Translations under genes and position numbers: made by a program
Shown: in pieces, positions 21,782 through 31,607 of the stretch
Position numbering within the stretch: position 1 is the stretch's first letter
How the letters are laid out: each line of letters begins with the position of its first letter
Origin: a virus
Lineage: Duplodnaviria; Caudoviricetes
Strand: one strand, 5' to 3'
Length of the DNA: 64,000 bases
IMG/VR virus record: IMGVR_UViG_3300013426_000025
Coordinates: 41,702 to 105,701 of that record
Notes under the pieces: generated by a model
Seen by the model: only the letters and a program-made list of their open reading frames with translations
The model's database searches: none
What the model was told of the DNA's origin: nothing

Positions 21782-22176
21782 AGCATATCTTCCCAATCTA
21801 TAACAACACCTTTACCTATAACATCAGCAAAGTATCTAGTCATAGGAAGTCCATCATAGCCATCTGGGTCATCTATGTAGTCTTTAATAAATCTTACAAG
21901 ATAATCTTCACTTGGTATTGAAGAGCCATAGTAATCTGCTTTAGCCATATTTGCTACAAATACAGCATCATAGCCTTTACACTTCTCTAATACAATACCA
22001 TATCTATCAAGCATTTGTTCTATACTTTCTTTAGTAATTGCTTCTACTTTAGCACCATCACTAATAGTCATGTGTTTCACAGCAAAGTCACAAAGTTTCT
22101 TATTAAAGTGCCAACCATAAAAGTTTAAATAATCTTTCATTCCTGAAGGCATTTTTTCATTACTATCCAGTCTCAT
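21778..22176 (-). CDS. Conserved hypothetical protein (YGWHFNKKLCDFAV family)
   Basis: Start moved to MRLDSNEK after a hairpin; VANMAKADYYGSSI and DDPDGYDG motifs. Confidence 0.65.
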   Translation of the reverse strand: MRLDSNEKMPSGMKDYLNFYGWHFNKKLCDFAVKHMTISDGAKVEAITKESIEQMLDRYGIVLEKCKGYDAVFVANMAKADYYGSSIPSEDYLVRFIKDYIDDPDGYDGLPMTRYFADVIGKGVVIDWEDML

Positions 22177-22231
22177 ATTATAATAAAATAAAAGGGGAAT
22201 AAAGTACAATACTTTACTCCCCAAGTTAAAC

Positions 22232-22456
22232 TTATCTACCCATTCTTCTTTCACCATAATCAGAAACTGACATTCTACCTTCTTTGTAGCCCTTTTCATA
22301 ACCACAAGCATAAGCATCTTCAATTTCATCTTTATAGTCTTCAGAGTATTTCATACCCATTCTATAATCCTCATTATAGTCTCTTCTACTGTTCCTATAG
22401 TCTCTGTCTCTATAGTCTCTGGGGCTTCTACCTTTTTCAATTATTTCCCACATCAT
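22232..22456 (-). CDS. Small R/D/Y-rich low-complexity protein
   Basis: 74 aa with RDYRDRDYR and AYACGYEKGYKEG; translationally coupled to the upstream gene. Confidence 0.6.
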   Translation of the reverse strand: MMWEIIEKGRSPRDYRDRDYRNSRRDYNEDYRMGMKYSEDYKDEIEDAYACGYEKGYKEGRMSVSDYGERRMGR

Positions 22457-22980
22457 ACTTTATTTTGTTTTAGTTGTTCAATCAACAGCCTGTTAGCCTC
22501 TACTAATTCTGACACATTACTTGATAAAGAGTTTACTTGTGTCTTTAATGCGGCAATTTCATCTCTTTGAGATTGCTTCTCAGCAATTTCAGGGTTGACT
22601 TGACATATTATCTTTTCATAATCACTCAGTAGTTTTTTATGAAAATTAACACTATTAATTATGTCCTCACTTTTCTTTTTAAGATTAAGTAATTCTGAGT
22701 TCATAGCATCTTTACTGTCAGATATAGTGATTGAATCACCTCCTACAAATGAATCTGCTATATCAAGATTTGCAGGTAATCCATTATAATTAATAACAGT
22801 ATCACTTACTTTAGCAGTAACATCTACTATCATCTCTTGTGGATTTGTAGCAAAAGGAGTTGTAACACCATATTTGTTTCTTGGTGCTGATACATTAGTA
22901 ATGTAACCTATTTCAAATTTAGGTGTTTCTCCTTTGTGTAGTATATAAATAGGGCTACTAGGTCGTAATGATTGAAACAT
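22453..22980 (-). CDS. Hypothetical protein, beta N-terminal domain plus C-terminal coiled coil
   Basis: 175 aa ORF in the operon. Confidence 0.65.
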   Translation of the reverse strand: MFQSLRPSSPIYILHKGETPKFEIGYITNVSAPRNKYGVTTPFATNPQEMIVDVTAKVSDTVINYNGLPANLDIADSFVGGDSITISDSKDAMNSELLNLKKKSEDIINSVNFHKKLLSDYEKIICQVNPEIAEKQSQRDEIAALKTQVNSLSSNVSELVEANRLLIEQLKQNKV

Positions 22981-22992
22981 AATGAATATTAA

Positions 22993-23319
22993 TTAAGCAT
23001 TTAACAATTGTAATTTGTTAGTATCTCTGTCATAAAAAGCAATATAAATACCATCAGCAATAGTTGCCGTGGTTATTGCTGTACCATTTTTATCTAATAC
23101 TTCTGTAGTGTTACTTCCTTGAGTAAGGAAATATACAGGTACTGCTGTTGTAGGAGCAGTAGGAGTGCCACTTATCTTAACAAACAAACCACCATAAAAG
23201 TAATTGTTCACATAAGGATGTCTGTTAAAAGTATAAGTCAATCCAGTAGTAGTTAATGTTGCAGCAGTGCTTTCTATGCAAGGAAAACCGTTTCTATTTG
23301 AATATCTTAATGGAGTCAT
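22993..23319 (-). CDS. Hypothetical small beta-rich protein
   Basis: 108 aa, Thr-rich; AAAGGAGGT precedes the ATG. Confidence 0.65.
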   Translation of the reverse strand: MTPLRYSNRNGFPCIESTAATLTTTGLTYTFNRHPYVNNYFYGGLFVKISGTPTAPTTAVPVYFLTQGSNTTEVLDKNGTAITTATIADGIYIAFYDRDTNKLQLLNA

Positions 23320-23334
23320 AATTACCTCCTTTCT

Positions 23335-24168
23335 TTAAGACCAAATAGAGCCTGTGTTAATACCATACCCATACAGATTTGCTGTAGGTACAGCAGTTAA
23401 TTGTGGATATTGAACAGGTACAGTCTGAGGTTGAGCAGCCTTAATAGATGCAACATCAGCAACCAAAGGATTGATAACACTTGCTATATAAGATTGAATC
23501 TGTGCAGTCTGATTAGCATTACTGATAGTAGATTCTAATGTAGAGTTTCTCTCAAGCAATGAATCAATCTTACTTTGCATTTCTCTTTCTCTAATAGCAC
23601 AGAACTCTTTGTTGAGTGCTGTAGTTTGAGCATCAATTTTAGCACCCAAAAGTGCTGTATTCTCACCTGCTGAAATTCTATTCTCATAACCTTGTGTGGT
23701 TATTAAGAGTTTATTATCACAGCAACACTGACTAAGTTGGCTTGCTAAAGCAGCATTACCACTCTGTATAGAGTTAACAACTGCTTGAGAACTCATACCA
23801 ACTTGATTACCCACAGCCTGTATATTAGACTGTACTTGACCAATAGCATTTTGGATAGCATTAACACTGCAATTAAGTGTGCTTGCTAACTGAGAAATAG
23901 CAGTACCATTACCATTGATAGCCTGCATAAGCAAACCTCTACCATAATCATTATTGATTTCATTAGCAAGACCACTACCATTACCTCTACCAAACATGCC
24001 ATTACCTCCCCAACCATAAAGGAAGAATAAGAAGATTACCCACAGCCAGTTACCATTACCACCAAAACCACCATTACCATTGTTCATCATTGCAAACAAC
24101 ATATTAGGGTCTAACTGATTGTTACCTCTGGGGGAATCAAAGACATAAGTTTTACTTTCCTCTGCCAT
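23335..24168 (-). CDS. Gly/Asn-rich membrane-anchored coiled-coil protein (CCCD motif)
   Basis: Start MAEESK; GNGGFGGNGNWLWVIFLFFLYGWGGNG hydrophobic segment, long Q/N heptads and QCCCDNK. Confidence 0.7.
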   Translation of the reverse strand: MAEESKTYVFDSPRGNNQLDPNMLFAMMNNGNGGFGGNGNWLWVIFLFFLYGWGGNGMFGRGNGSGLANEINNDYGRGLLMQAINGNGTAISQLASTLNCSVNAIQNAIGQVQSNIQAVGNQVGMSSQAVVNSIQSGNAALASQLSQCCCDNKLLITTQGYENRISAGENTALLGAKIDAQTTALNKEFCAIREREMQSKIDSLLERNSTLESTISNANQTAQIQSYIASVINPLVADVASIKAAQPQTVPVQYPQLTAVPTANLYGYGINTGSIWS

Positions 24169-24222
24169 AATTTTAAATTTTAAATAATTAAACATAAACA
24201 AGTTTAGGCCTTAAACTTGGTG

Positions 24223-24253
24223 CAAAGGTAAGTATAATATCTGATTTATAACT
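24223..24253 (-). promoter_or_regulatory. Bacteroidota-type promoter for the six-gene operon
   Basis: TACCTTTGCA -7 element on the minus strand; the -33 element is weak. Confidence 0.6.
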
Positions 24254-24277
24254 AACATTACTAATATACAAAAACAA

Positions 24278-24316
24278 AAATACCTAACTACTTAAGAATT
24301 AAGCAATTAGGTATTT
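24278..24316 (-). terminator. Intrinsic terminator
   Basis: aaatacctaa...ttaggtattt inverted repeat followed by a T-rich run on the minus strand. Confidence 0.6.
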
Positions 24317-24343
24317 GTATATTTAGTAATGTGTTACAAAAAA

Positions 24344-25480
24344 TTAAGACGCTTCCTCAATAATATCAGTATAACAACAAAAACCTGGTGCAGCATCATA
24401 TACTGCTTTGCAGCCTTTTGGTACTATAATTTTAGTAACACCATTAAAATAAGAACTTATGGGCGGGGTTGCTGATAAAAAGTTAAGGGTAGCGTTGTCC
24501 CCAAATTCTTGTGTTCCTATATAAGTGACACTTTTTGGAATTGTAATGTTTACATTAGAGACTGAAGGCATACTAATTGCATTACCATACAACTCCAAAG
24601 CATTATGCGAAAGCTGTATGCTTGTCACACTATTATTTGTATTACTAAAACTATATAAACTAAATAAGCTATAATATTTTGCATTTGTGATTACTGGCAA
24701 TGAAGTTACACCATCACCAACAGTTCCTGTAACTGTTACAAAACAATCTCCCAACTCAAAAACGTTTAGCCCCTGTTCTTCCTTAGTAATTACTCCAGGT
24801 AAAACTGTACCAAGGTTGAGAGCACAACATTTAATATTTTTACAATCACTAACATCAAACCTCCCATATTCAGTCGTAGCGATACAAGAGTTTTCATCTA
24901 TACATCTCACAGTACTTGGTAAAGTAATAAGTTTGGTTCTCGTACAATTTATTGTTGGATTTATTACGTCCTGGCAGATAAATCTAGTACCTTCTTTTAC
25001 ACTAAATGTATCATCTAAAGTGTCGCCAATGAATCCCATTAAAATGTCTTTATAATACATAAATCCATTTTCTTTTTTATTTATTCTTTGAAGAAAGGAT
25101 TTCATAACACCATTAAATGACATCGTTAAATCAAAACCAATAAATTCTTTCAAATTGCTTGTATTTAAATTAAGATAATTAATTTGATTATTACTGTTAA
25201 AATAACAACATTGAATCGAATCAGGAAATGAAATCTGAGATATTTTGCCATCAACATTAAAGAATATCATATCATAAAACGATACTATCGTAGAACTACA
25301 CACAATCTCAAAGCATTTTAATTCCTGATTGTAAGAATGATTTATTATATTGGCTCCTAAATATTTGCTTGGGTTTGTTTCGTACTCATCAAAAGGCATG
25401 ATTTCATTATCGATTGTCCTATAATAAATTTTATTTAGGGGGGGAGTTGGTAACGGTGTATTAAATAATACTTTAACCAT
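24344..25480 (-). CDS. BspA/LRR_5-like leucine-rich repeat protein
   Basis: ITLPSTVRCID, ITIPKSVTYIG and a C-terminal cap FLSATPP..KIIVPKGCKAVY. Confidence 0.6.
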   Translation of the reverse strand: MVKVLFNTPLPTPPLNKIYYRTIDNEIMPFDEYETNPSKYLGANIINHSYNQELKCFEIVCSSTIVSFYDMIFFNVDGKISQISFPDSIQCCYFNSNNQINYLNLNTSNLKEFIGFDLTMSFNGVMKSFLQRINKKENGFMYYKDILMGFIGDTLDDTFSVKEGTRFICQDVINPTINCTRTKLITLPSTVRCIDENSCIATTEYGRFDVSDCKNIKCCALNLGTVLPGVITKEEQGLNVFELGDCFVTVTGTVGDGVTSLPVITNAKYYSLFSLYSFSNTNNSVTSIQLSHNALELYGNAISMPSVSNVNITIPKSVTYIGTQEFGDNATLNFLSATPPISSYFNGVTKIIVPKGCKAVYDAAPGFCCYTDIIEEAS

Positions 25481-25487
25481 TTGTATA

Positions 25488-25808
25488 TTAAATATTAATT
25501 TTATTCTTTTCTATTTTATGTGAAAGAAAACTATCTAAATCTTTCTTCAACCAAGACAATTCTTTAAATCCTTGTTGCTTAATTCCTTTAGGTAGTTTTC
25601 CTTCTTTAACTAAATTATCAAATGTTGCTCTGCTAATGTGTAGATAACCACAAGCCTGATATTTACTTAAATGTGTATCTTTATCAGTATACTTTTTCAA
25701 TATACTAAGTACATCAGTCATCTCATCATCTGATAGATTTGAATTTCCAGTATCTATATTGTCAATTATTTTTACTAATTCGTTTCTTATTATTTGTAGT
25801 AACGACAT
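25488..25808 (-). CDS. Excisionase-like helix-turn-helix DNA-binding protein
   Basis: LSKYQACGYLHISRATFDNLVKEGKLPKG..WLKKDLD (HTH_17/AlpA-like). Confidence 0.7.
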   Translation of the reverse strand: MSLLQIIRNELVKIIDNIDTGNSNLSDDEMTDVLSILKKYTDKDTHLSKYQACGYLHISRATFDNLVKEGKLPKGIKQQGFKELSWLKKDLDSFLSHKIEKNKINI

Positions 25809-26181
25809 GTTTCTTCTTATTGTTTAAATATAATATTGTTGTTATTATGCAAAATACAGCAGTAATAACCATAAACCAAGAGAAATACATACAAATTGAC
25901 ATATTAAAATCATAAGCGTAGACTAACCAATTCACAAAATTATTCAACATTACATAATATACAGGCATCCTATGATATACACAATACCTGAATATATAAG
26001 ATAATAGTAAAATAAAAATTGCTGGTACAAATCCTATTCCTGCAAAGACACTTAACCACATTGTATCTATACCATGTATTTCAAGTATTGTGGTTAGAAA
26101 ATAACTAACTGACAATATGAATGGTATGTATTTCAATAGGATTAAGAATATCTTATACTCACTTTTTAAGACGTCCACCAC
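25762..26181 (-). CDS. Multi-pass membrane protein
   Basis: About four hydrophobic helices; start probably GTG at 26181, because the longer frame overlaps the upstream gene. Confidence 0.55.
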   Translation of the reverse strand: MVDVLKSEYKIFLILLKYIPFILSVSYFLTTILEIHGIDTMWLSVFAGIGFVPAIFILLLSYIFRYCVYHRMPVYYVMLNNFVNWLVYAYDFNMSICMYFSWFMVITAVFCIITTILYLNNKKKHVVTTNNKKRISKNN

Positions 26182-26344
26182 ATTTGTATCTTTGTGTAGG
26201 TGATTGAATGACTCCTGCTGGAGGTACATTAGGACCTGGTAATCTTTTGGCAAACTTATTAACTGCTTCCTTGTACTTTTTTGCAGCATTGCTGTTCTTT
26301 ACTTTATTTACTGCTTTCTTTACAACAGTCTTAACCTTTCCCAT
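26159..26344 (-). CDS. Small basic protein ending YKCGGRLKK
   Basis: 61 aa, Lys-rich, correctly packed in the operon. Confidence 0.6.
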   Translation of the reverse strand: MGKVKTVVKKAVNKVKNSNAAKKYKEAVNKFAKRLPGPNVPPAGVIQSPTQRYKCGGRLKK

Positions 26345-26351
26345 AATCTTA

Positions 26352-26774
26352 TTATTTAATAGTTATACTGCAATCATTTCCTTTTAACTTACTCATTAGA
26401 GAGTCTATGTGTACTCTTGAGTATGTTATATAGTTATCTTTTAACTTCATACCTACAAGAATACACCCTTCAGTGTTTTCTACTGTATTGCCTGCATGTA
26501 TTCTTACTCCTGTAAATCCCTTTACTCCTATAAGTAAAGGTAACACTTTCTTAAACCTTGCAGAATAGTTAAGTATCACTTTATACTTACCTGAAGGAAT
26601 ACTTATCTTATGTAATTTCTTTTCTTCTTCAATTATATTGACAGCATCGTTTTGAGTAAGCCCACTATCAAAAGGCTCTAAAGTATCACAGAAGTAAACC
26701 CCATTGAGGTAGAGTTTACCTTCTGTGTACTTATCTGTTTTAGCCAATCTCTTCAATGTTAAATTAATCTTCAT
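26352..26774 (-). CDS. DUF5675-family protein (putative cell-wall enzyme/endolysin)
   Basis: Start MKINLTLKR after the promoter; TEGKLYLNGVYFCDTLE, IPSGKY and GVRIHAGNT..TEGCILVG motifs. Confidence 0.75.
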   Translation of the reverse strand: MKINLTLKRLAKTDKYTEGKLYLNGVYFCDTLEPFDSGLTQNDAVNIIEEEKKLHKISIPSGKYKVILNYSARFKKVLPLLIGVKGFTGVRIHAGNTVENTEGCILVGMKLKDNYITYSRVHIDSLMSKLKGNDCSITIK

Positions 26775-26799
26775 ATCTTTTAATTCATTTAATGATATA

Positions 26800-26830
26800 C
26801 AAAGGTATGAAAAATAATTGATACATACAA
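26800..26830 (-). promoter_or_regulatory. Bacteroidota-type promoter
   Basis: ttgt-atgtatcaattatttttca-tacctttg. Confidence 0.75.
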
Positions 26831-26871
26831 GAGGTTTGTATAAATTTAACAACAATTAACACACATGTTGA

Positions 26872-28257
26872 TTAATACATAGTATGGTGTATATTACTTC
26901 CTTCATAAAAAAACCAAGTATTTCCATCATCACCATCCGCCTCTTGATTTTTTGTTCCTTCTATTGTAGTTACAGTGTTTAATTCAGTAGGAGATTCAGT
27001 ACTGTCTACATCAATAATGTAGACATTAATATCATTACTTTGTGTTACTATCGTATACAACTCTTGAGATTGATATTCTGACAATCTTACAGTAACTGCA
27101 TAAGGCAATTCTGGAAAGAGACTCATAAAAAAGTTGCCAGCTTCACCTGATATAATTTCAGATTCTATTCCTTGACCTTGTAATTCATTCGTAGTAGGAC
27201 TGAACCAATACACTTTACCTTCCTCTGCGCTTGTAATTACAATACGTACTCTGCTTAAAAGACTATTAGGATCTAAATTAGGCTGTAAATCTGATAATAT
27301 TGCTATTCCTGCTTTTTTGTTGTCATTGTCAATATAAATGCCTACTGTTGCATTAGAACTAACCTGAAGATAAGATGGTGTGTAATATGCAAAGTAGCCA
27401 TCAGATAATTCTGCCCTTTCACCAGTTTGTGTACTATATAAAATTGGAGCTGTCTGCTCTTTAAATAAATCTTTTAGAGTATTATTAGAATCAAATTGTA
27501 TATTTAAATCAAAAGGCATTGGACATTCGTTACCACCTTGATTTACAAGACAAAAAGCATCATTTATCGCTATTATTTTTTGAAAGGCTTCATCAAATCC
27601 ATCAGTATTTTCAACAAATATTGGCATAACACTATCATCCCCTTCATTAAGATAGTACTTTGTGTTACTATAATATGGGCTTATACATGTACTAATAGTA
27701 CTAAAACTCTCACCATCTGGTATTAAGAGGGGGCATTTTGAGAAAACATAATCACCATTAACTATAATGTCAGTAAAAGCATCTTGAGTAAATATGATGC
27801 TAATAACACTCTCTAAGTCGTTATACGAAATGTTTACACCTGCTGGAATATAAAACTCTGGATTATTATATAAATATACTGCGTTCAAGATCGGAAGAGC
27901 GACTGATGTGATTTTAATTTTACCGTTCTGGAAAAAATCGTCTCCTAATGAGGAACCCTCCAGGCCAACATCTACAGTATTTGGTATAGTAAATAAATCA
28001 GTAAAACCATCTGGAGCAATAGTAGTGGTATTTTTAATTATATTTCCTTTATTATCTCTTAATCCGAATTGGAGTTTTTTACAAGGCATCCCATCAAATG
28101 TTGCAGCTTGAGGGGTAGTACTTACAAAAAAGTAATTATTAGCGATATTTGTATCTTTTATTAAATTACTTTCATAAAAATTATTTATTATATACAACTC
28201 ACCGTAATTATTACTTGCACTTCCACCTGCAATTTTCAATAAAAATCTTCTATTCAT
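26872..28257 (-). CDS. Acidic fibre-associated/receptor-binding candidate
   Basis: 461 aa; MNRRFLLK N-terminus; follows a tail fibre gene. Confidence 0.5.
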   Translation of the reverse strand: MNRRFLLKIAGGSASNNYGELYIINNFYESNLIKDTNIANNYFFVSTTPQAATFDGMPCKKLQFGLRDNKGNIIKNTTTIAPDGFTDLFTIPNTVDVGLEGSSLGDDFFQNGKIKITSVALPILNAVYLYNNPEFYIPAGVNISYNDLESVISIIFTQDAFTDIIVNGDYVFSKCPLLIPDGESFSTISTCISPYYSNTKYYLNEGDDSVMPIFVENTDGFDEAFQKIIAINDAFCLVNQGGNECPMPFDLNIQFDSNNTLKDLFKEQTAPILYSTQTGERAELSDGYFAYYTPSYLQVSSNATVGIYIDNDNKKAGIAILSDLQPNLDPNSLLSRVRIVITSAEEGKVYWFSPTTNELQGQGIESEIISGEAGNFFMSLFPELPYAVTVRLSEYQSQELYTIVTQSNDINVYIIDVDSTESPTELNTVTTIEGTKNQEADGDDGNTWFFYEGSNIHHTMY

Positions 28258-28293
28258 ATTTATAAAAACTTACCTATTTGTATTTAAAAAAGT

Positions 28294-30459
28294 TTACGCT
28301 GTGTAAAATTCAGCACATACACCACAACCATTCAATATAGAAATCTCATAAGTTCTACCAGAAGTAAAAGTAGGAACCTCACCATCAAGCCATTTAATTG
28401 TACCAAAACCATCATATTCAACTGTACAAGATGTTCCTGCTGTAAACTGAAATTTATATTCATTCGCAATACCAGGAATGTCTGTACCCTTAGTAATTGT
28501 AAGTGTTTCTACCGTATCAGATACAATACACAATTTATTAGAAGTAAGTGTAACAGCAGTAGATGATGTAGCTGTTTCTATTGTGCCTGTAATCTCATTT
28601 ATACCATAAGAAGGTTTAGTAGAAGCCTTAGCCCAAGCACTAACTGCTGTAGATGCTAGAGCACCTACATTTGCTGCTGTAATATTTATAGTCTTTGCAG
28701 CACTACCATCATAAGTAAACTTATTTGTTCCTTCTGTTGTGCCTCCATTAAGAGTCAAAATGATACTTGAAGGGTTCTTGAGTGATGCAGGAAAATCAGT
28801 AATCTGACTCTTTGTATGTGTGTGTGTGTCAGGAGTGTACGTACTAGGTTTATTACTAATATTATTCCAAGTGAGAGAATTACTATCTACAAGAACTGTA
28901 GTACCATTACTGATAGCATCAAGAGTAACATCAGCAGTAGTACTTGCACCTTTTACTTTAAGAGTGTAAGAGTCACTTTTTGCGTATTCACCATCTATAA
29001 AGTCATATACTGCTTTTACAGAAGGATATTTTGTAGCACTTGTTTTATCTGTAGTAACAGAAGTAGACAAGTTTGAAGTGGCTTGTTTACCATCAAGTGT
29101 TGTTTGTAGATTTGTTATATTAGATATAGCATGTGTATGAGAACTTGCTGCTGCACCAATACCTACTGCTGTAATATTTAATTGTTTCTCTACACTGCCA
29201 TCATAAGTTACCAAATTAGTCCCTTCAGTAGTACCACCGCTAAGACTAATTTTAATGGTATGAGGATTCTTTAATGAACTTGGTACAGTAGGTATAGTAG
29301 GAAAGTCTGTGATTTGACTTATAGTATGACTATGTGTACTAGGAGTAAAAGTAGTGGGTTTATTCCCAATGTTTGCCCATGTTAAGCCACTCTTTAAAAC
29401 AAGAGCTGATGACCCATCACTAACAGCATCTTGCCATTCCAAGTCACCAAAAGTAAGTTGATTTACACCACCACTGCTAAGAACACCAATAACATCAGTA
29501 TCATCCATTTTAGTACCTATTGTACTAGCCATTTGATTAACCTCTTGTGTAGATGCGGCTCCTATACTATCGGGGGTTATATTAAGTATCACTTCACTAC
29601 TACCATCATATACAAACCTATTAGTGCCAACAGTATCACCGTTATTAAATCTAACAGTTAAAGTAGTAGGATTCTTAAGTGTTGTAGGAATAGTCAAATC
29701 AGTAATCTGACTCTTTGTGTGAGTATGAGTAGCAGGAGAAAATGTTGAAGGTTTACCTGTTATATTACCCCAAGTAAGAGCATCACTGCCTACAAGTATA
29801 GTAGTACCAGCATTAATATCATCAAGTGATACACTACTATTACCACTTGCTCCTTTTACTGTAAGAGTATATGTATCTGATTTTGCATATCCTGTATCTA
29901 CAAAATCGTATACTGCTTTTACAGTAGGTACTGATTGTGTATTTGTATTATTGTCGGGTACACTTGATTTTACTAAACTTTGATAAAAGTTCTTCAAACA
30001 ATGCCCACTAACAAGTATACGGGTACTATTGCCAAAACTTCCCTCAAAATCATCAAAACCAAAATCAGCTTTTGTTAGTTCATCAAGACCTATATCTGTA
30101 ACAAAATCATACTTTCCATCAGTATCATTAAGTACAGCAGAAAGACTTTTTGTGAATCTTTTTGCACCAGTGCCCTCACCATACAAAAGATTAATGTTAG
30201 CAGTATCTTTTACTAATCCTGTAGTGTCTACTGTAGTAGTCTCCTCTTTCCAACTAAGGTCTGCTTGACATCTGTATGTTTTCTTTGTAGCAACAACATA
30301 ACAGAGCATCCCTTCTTTTCTCTTTGTTGTTGCAAATTTACTGGCATCTTTATCTGCTTCTGTAGCAAATACTACGTAACCACCTTTACCATTTGTATCA
30401 AGATGAGAGGGGTATTTGCTATTTGCGTTTTCAATATAATCTGCTAAAAGCGTTGCCAT
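28294..30459 (-). CDS. Tail fibre protein with HTH(T)xSQITD repeats
   Basis: 721 aa; three LTWxNIxxKP..HxH..QITD..LKNP..YDGS modules plus SHTHAISNITNLQ. Confidence 0.75.
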   Translation of the reverse strand: MATLLADYIENANSKYPSHLDTNGKGGYVVFATEADKDASKFATTKRKEGMLCYVVATKKTYRCQADLSWKEETTTVDTTGLVKDTANINLLYGEGTGAKRFTKSLSAVLNDTDGKYDFVTDIGLDELTKADFGFDDFEGSFGNSTRILVSGHCLKNFYQSLVKSSVPDNNTNTQSVPTVKAVYDFVDTGYAKSDTYTLTVKGASGNSSVSLDDINAGTTILVGSDALTWGNITGKPSTFSPATHTHTKSQITDLTIPTTLKNPTTLTVRFNNGDTVGTNRFVYDGSSEVILNITPDSIGAASTQEVNQMASTIGTKMDDTDVIGVLSSGGVNQLTFGDLEWQDAVSDGSSALVLKSGLTWANIGNKPTTFTPSTHSHTISQITDFPTIPTVPSSLKNPHTIKISLSGGTTEGTNLVTYDGSVEKQLNITAVGIGAAASSHTHAISNITNLQTTLDGKQATSNLSTSVTTDKTSATKYPSVKAVYDFIDGEYAKSDSYTLKVKGASTTADVTLDAISNGTTVLVDSNSLTWNNISNKPSTYTPDTHTHTKSQITDFPASLKNPSSIILTLNGGTTEGTNKFTYDGSAAKTINITAANVGALASTAVSAWAKASTKPSYGINEITGTIETATSSTAVTLTSNKLCIVSDTVETLTITKGTDIPGIANEYKFQFTAGTSCTVEYDGFGTIKWLDGEVPTFTSGRTYEISILNGCGVCAEFYTA

Positions 30460-30462
30460 ATA

Positions 30463-31572
30463 TTAACTAAAATTAAAGGTTATTTTACTCTCATAAGGTT
30501 GTTTACTTACCAATACTTTATAAGTAACTGTACTACCAGATGAATTAACTACATCAACTGTTCCTTTATTATCCCAAGTTACAGAGTTTACACCAAACTT
30601 AATAGTAGGAGTAGCATAAGTATTGGGAACTACAAGATAAGTATAATGGTTTGTACAAGCAAAATCTTTATTTCCTATTGCAGCAGAACCAGCAAATCCC
30701 TTACTCATTGCCATAACTTCAGCAGCAGTGAGTAATTTACTTGTAGGTTGAATACCCCAATAAACTTTATTTGTAAAAGTGATTGACACACTATTAGATT
30801 TTGAATCAGAACCTGAAGCAGGAACTACCGCGCCACCACTTACAAGCAACCCAGATTTAGGTTTATAGAATGTTACAGTTTTTGTAGTATTACTTGTAAC
30901 ATTTGTCATAATAGTTTTCTCAGCAGAAGTGCCACCAACAGCAGGAAGGATTGTACCAAAATCACCACTACAACTTGTAGGAGATGCTTGAGAAGAGTTA
31001 GGAGTAGGATTAGTGAATTTAGCCTTACAACTTGTAACAGTAATGCCAGGCTCAACTTGTACACTAGCACCCCAACCTGTAGTTGTTACTGCTGTACCAC
31101 TTGCGTTAGTAGCAGCCCAAGTAACTCCTGTAATACCTGGAGTAACCAAAGTCTTTTGCACAGCAGAATAATTACTACCATCTGCTTTCATAAAATTACT
31201 TGTATCTACATCAGCAAGACCTATCTTCTCCCATTTCTTTTCATTGTTTACTGTAACTATTACATACTCTTCGTGTGTATTATTACCAGAAGCACCAGCA
31301 ATAGTCTTGAAATAGATAGTACTTTCATCTGCTGCACTTACTGCTGGCAGTTCACTCACTATACTAAACGAAAGACTCTTTTTACTTTCAAGAGTATCAA
31401 GTCTTGCCTTAACGTCTTCTATTTCAGTTTCTGATGTAGCACTTGGACCATCTTGCCATCTTCCACCTTCAAAAACTTTTAGTGTTTTCGCCTCAGGATT
31501 GTACCAAAAAATACCATCTCTATAAACAGTAGGTGCTGTAACAGAGAATAAAATTTCAGCAACTGTTATCAT
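30463..31572 (-). CDS. Head/tail fibre-like structural protein
   Basis: 369 aa, Ser/Thr-rich beta protein with IVSELP..EEYV..KWEKIG; located near the portal gene. Confidence 0.55.
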   Translation of the reverse strand: MITVAEILFSVTAPTVYRDGIFWYNPEAKTLKVFEGGRWQDGPSATSETEIEDVKARLDTLESKKSLSFSIVSELPAVSAADESTIYFKTIAGASGNNTHEEYVIVTVNNEKKWEKIGLADVDTSNFMKADGSNYSAVQKTLVTPGITGVTWAATNASGTAVTTTGWGASVQVEPGITVTSCKAKFTNPTPNSSQASPTSCSGDFGTILPAVGGTSAEKTIMTNVTSNTTKTVTFYKPKSGLLVSGGAVVPASGSDSKSNSVSITFTNKVYWGIQPTSKLLTAAEVMAMSKGFAGSAAIGNKDFACTNHYTYLVVPNTYATPTIKFGVNSVTWDNKGTVDVVNSSGSTVTYKVLVSKQPYESKITFNFS

Positions 31573-31607
31573 ATTACTTATTTATATTTTTAATTTTATT
31601 AACTTCT

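Noticed and set aside
24344-30459. Diversity-generating retroelement or invertible shufflon acting on fibre genes
   Set aside because: I saw no reverse transcriptase, recombinase or adenine-specific TR/VR pair in the window; the fibre repeats are diverged protein modules
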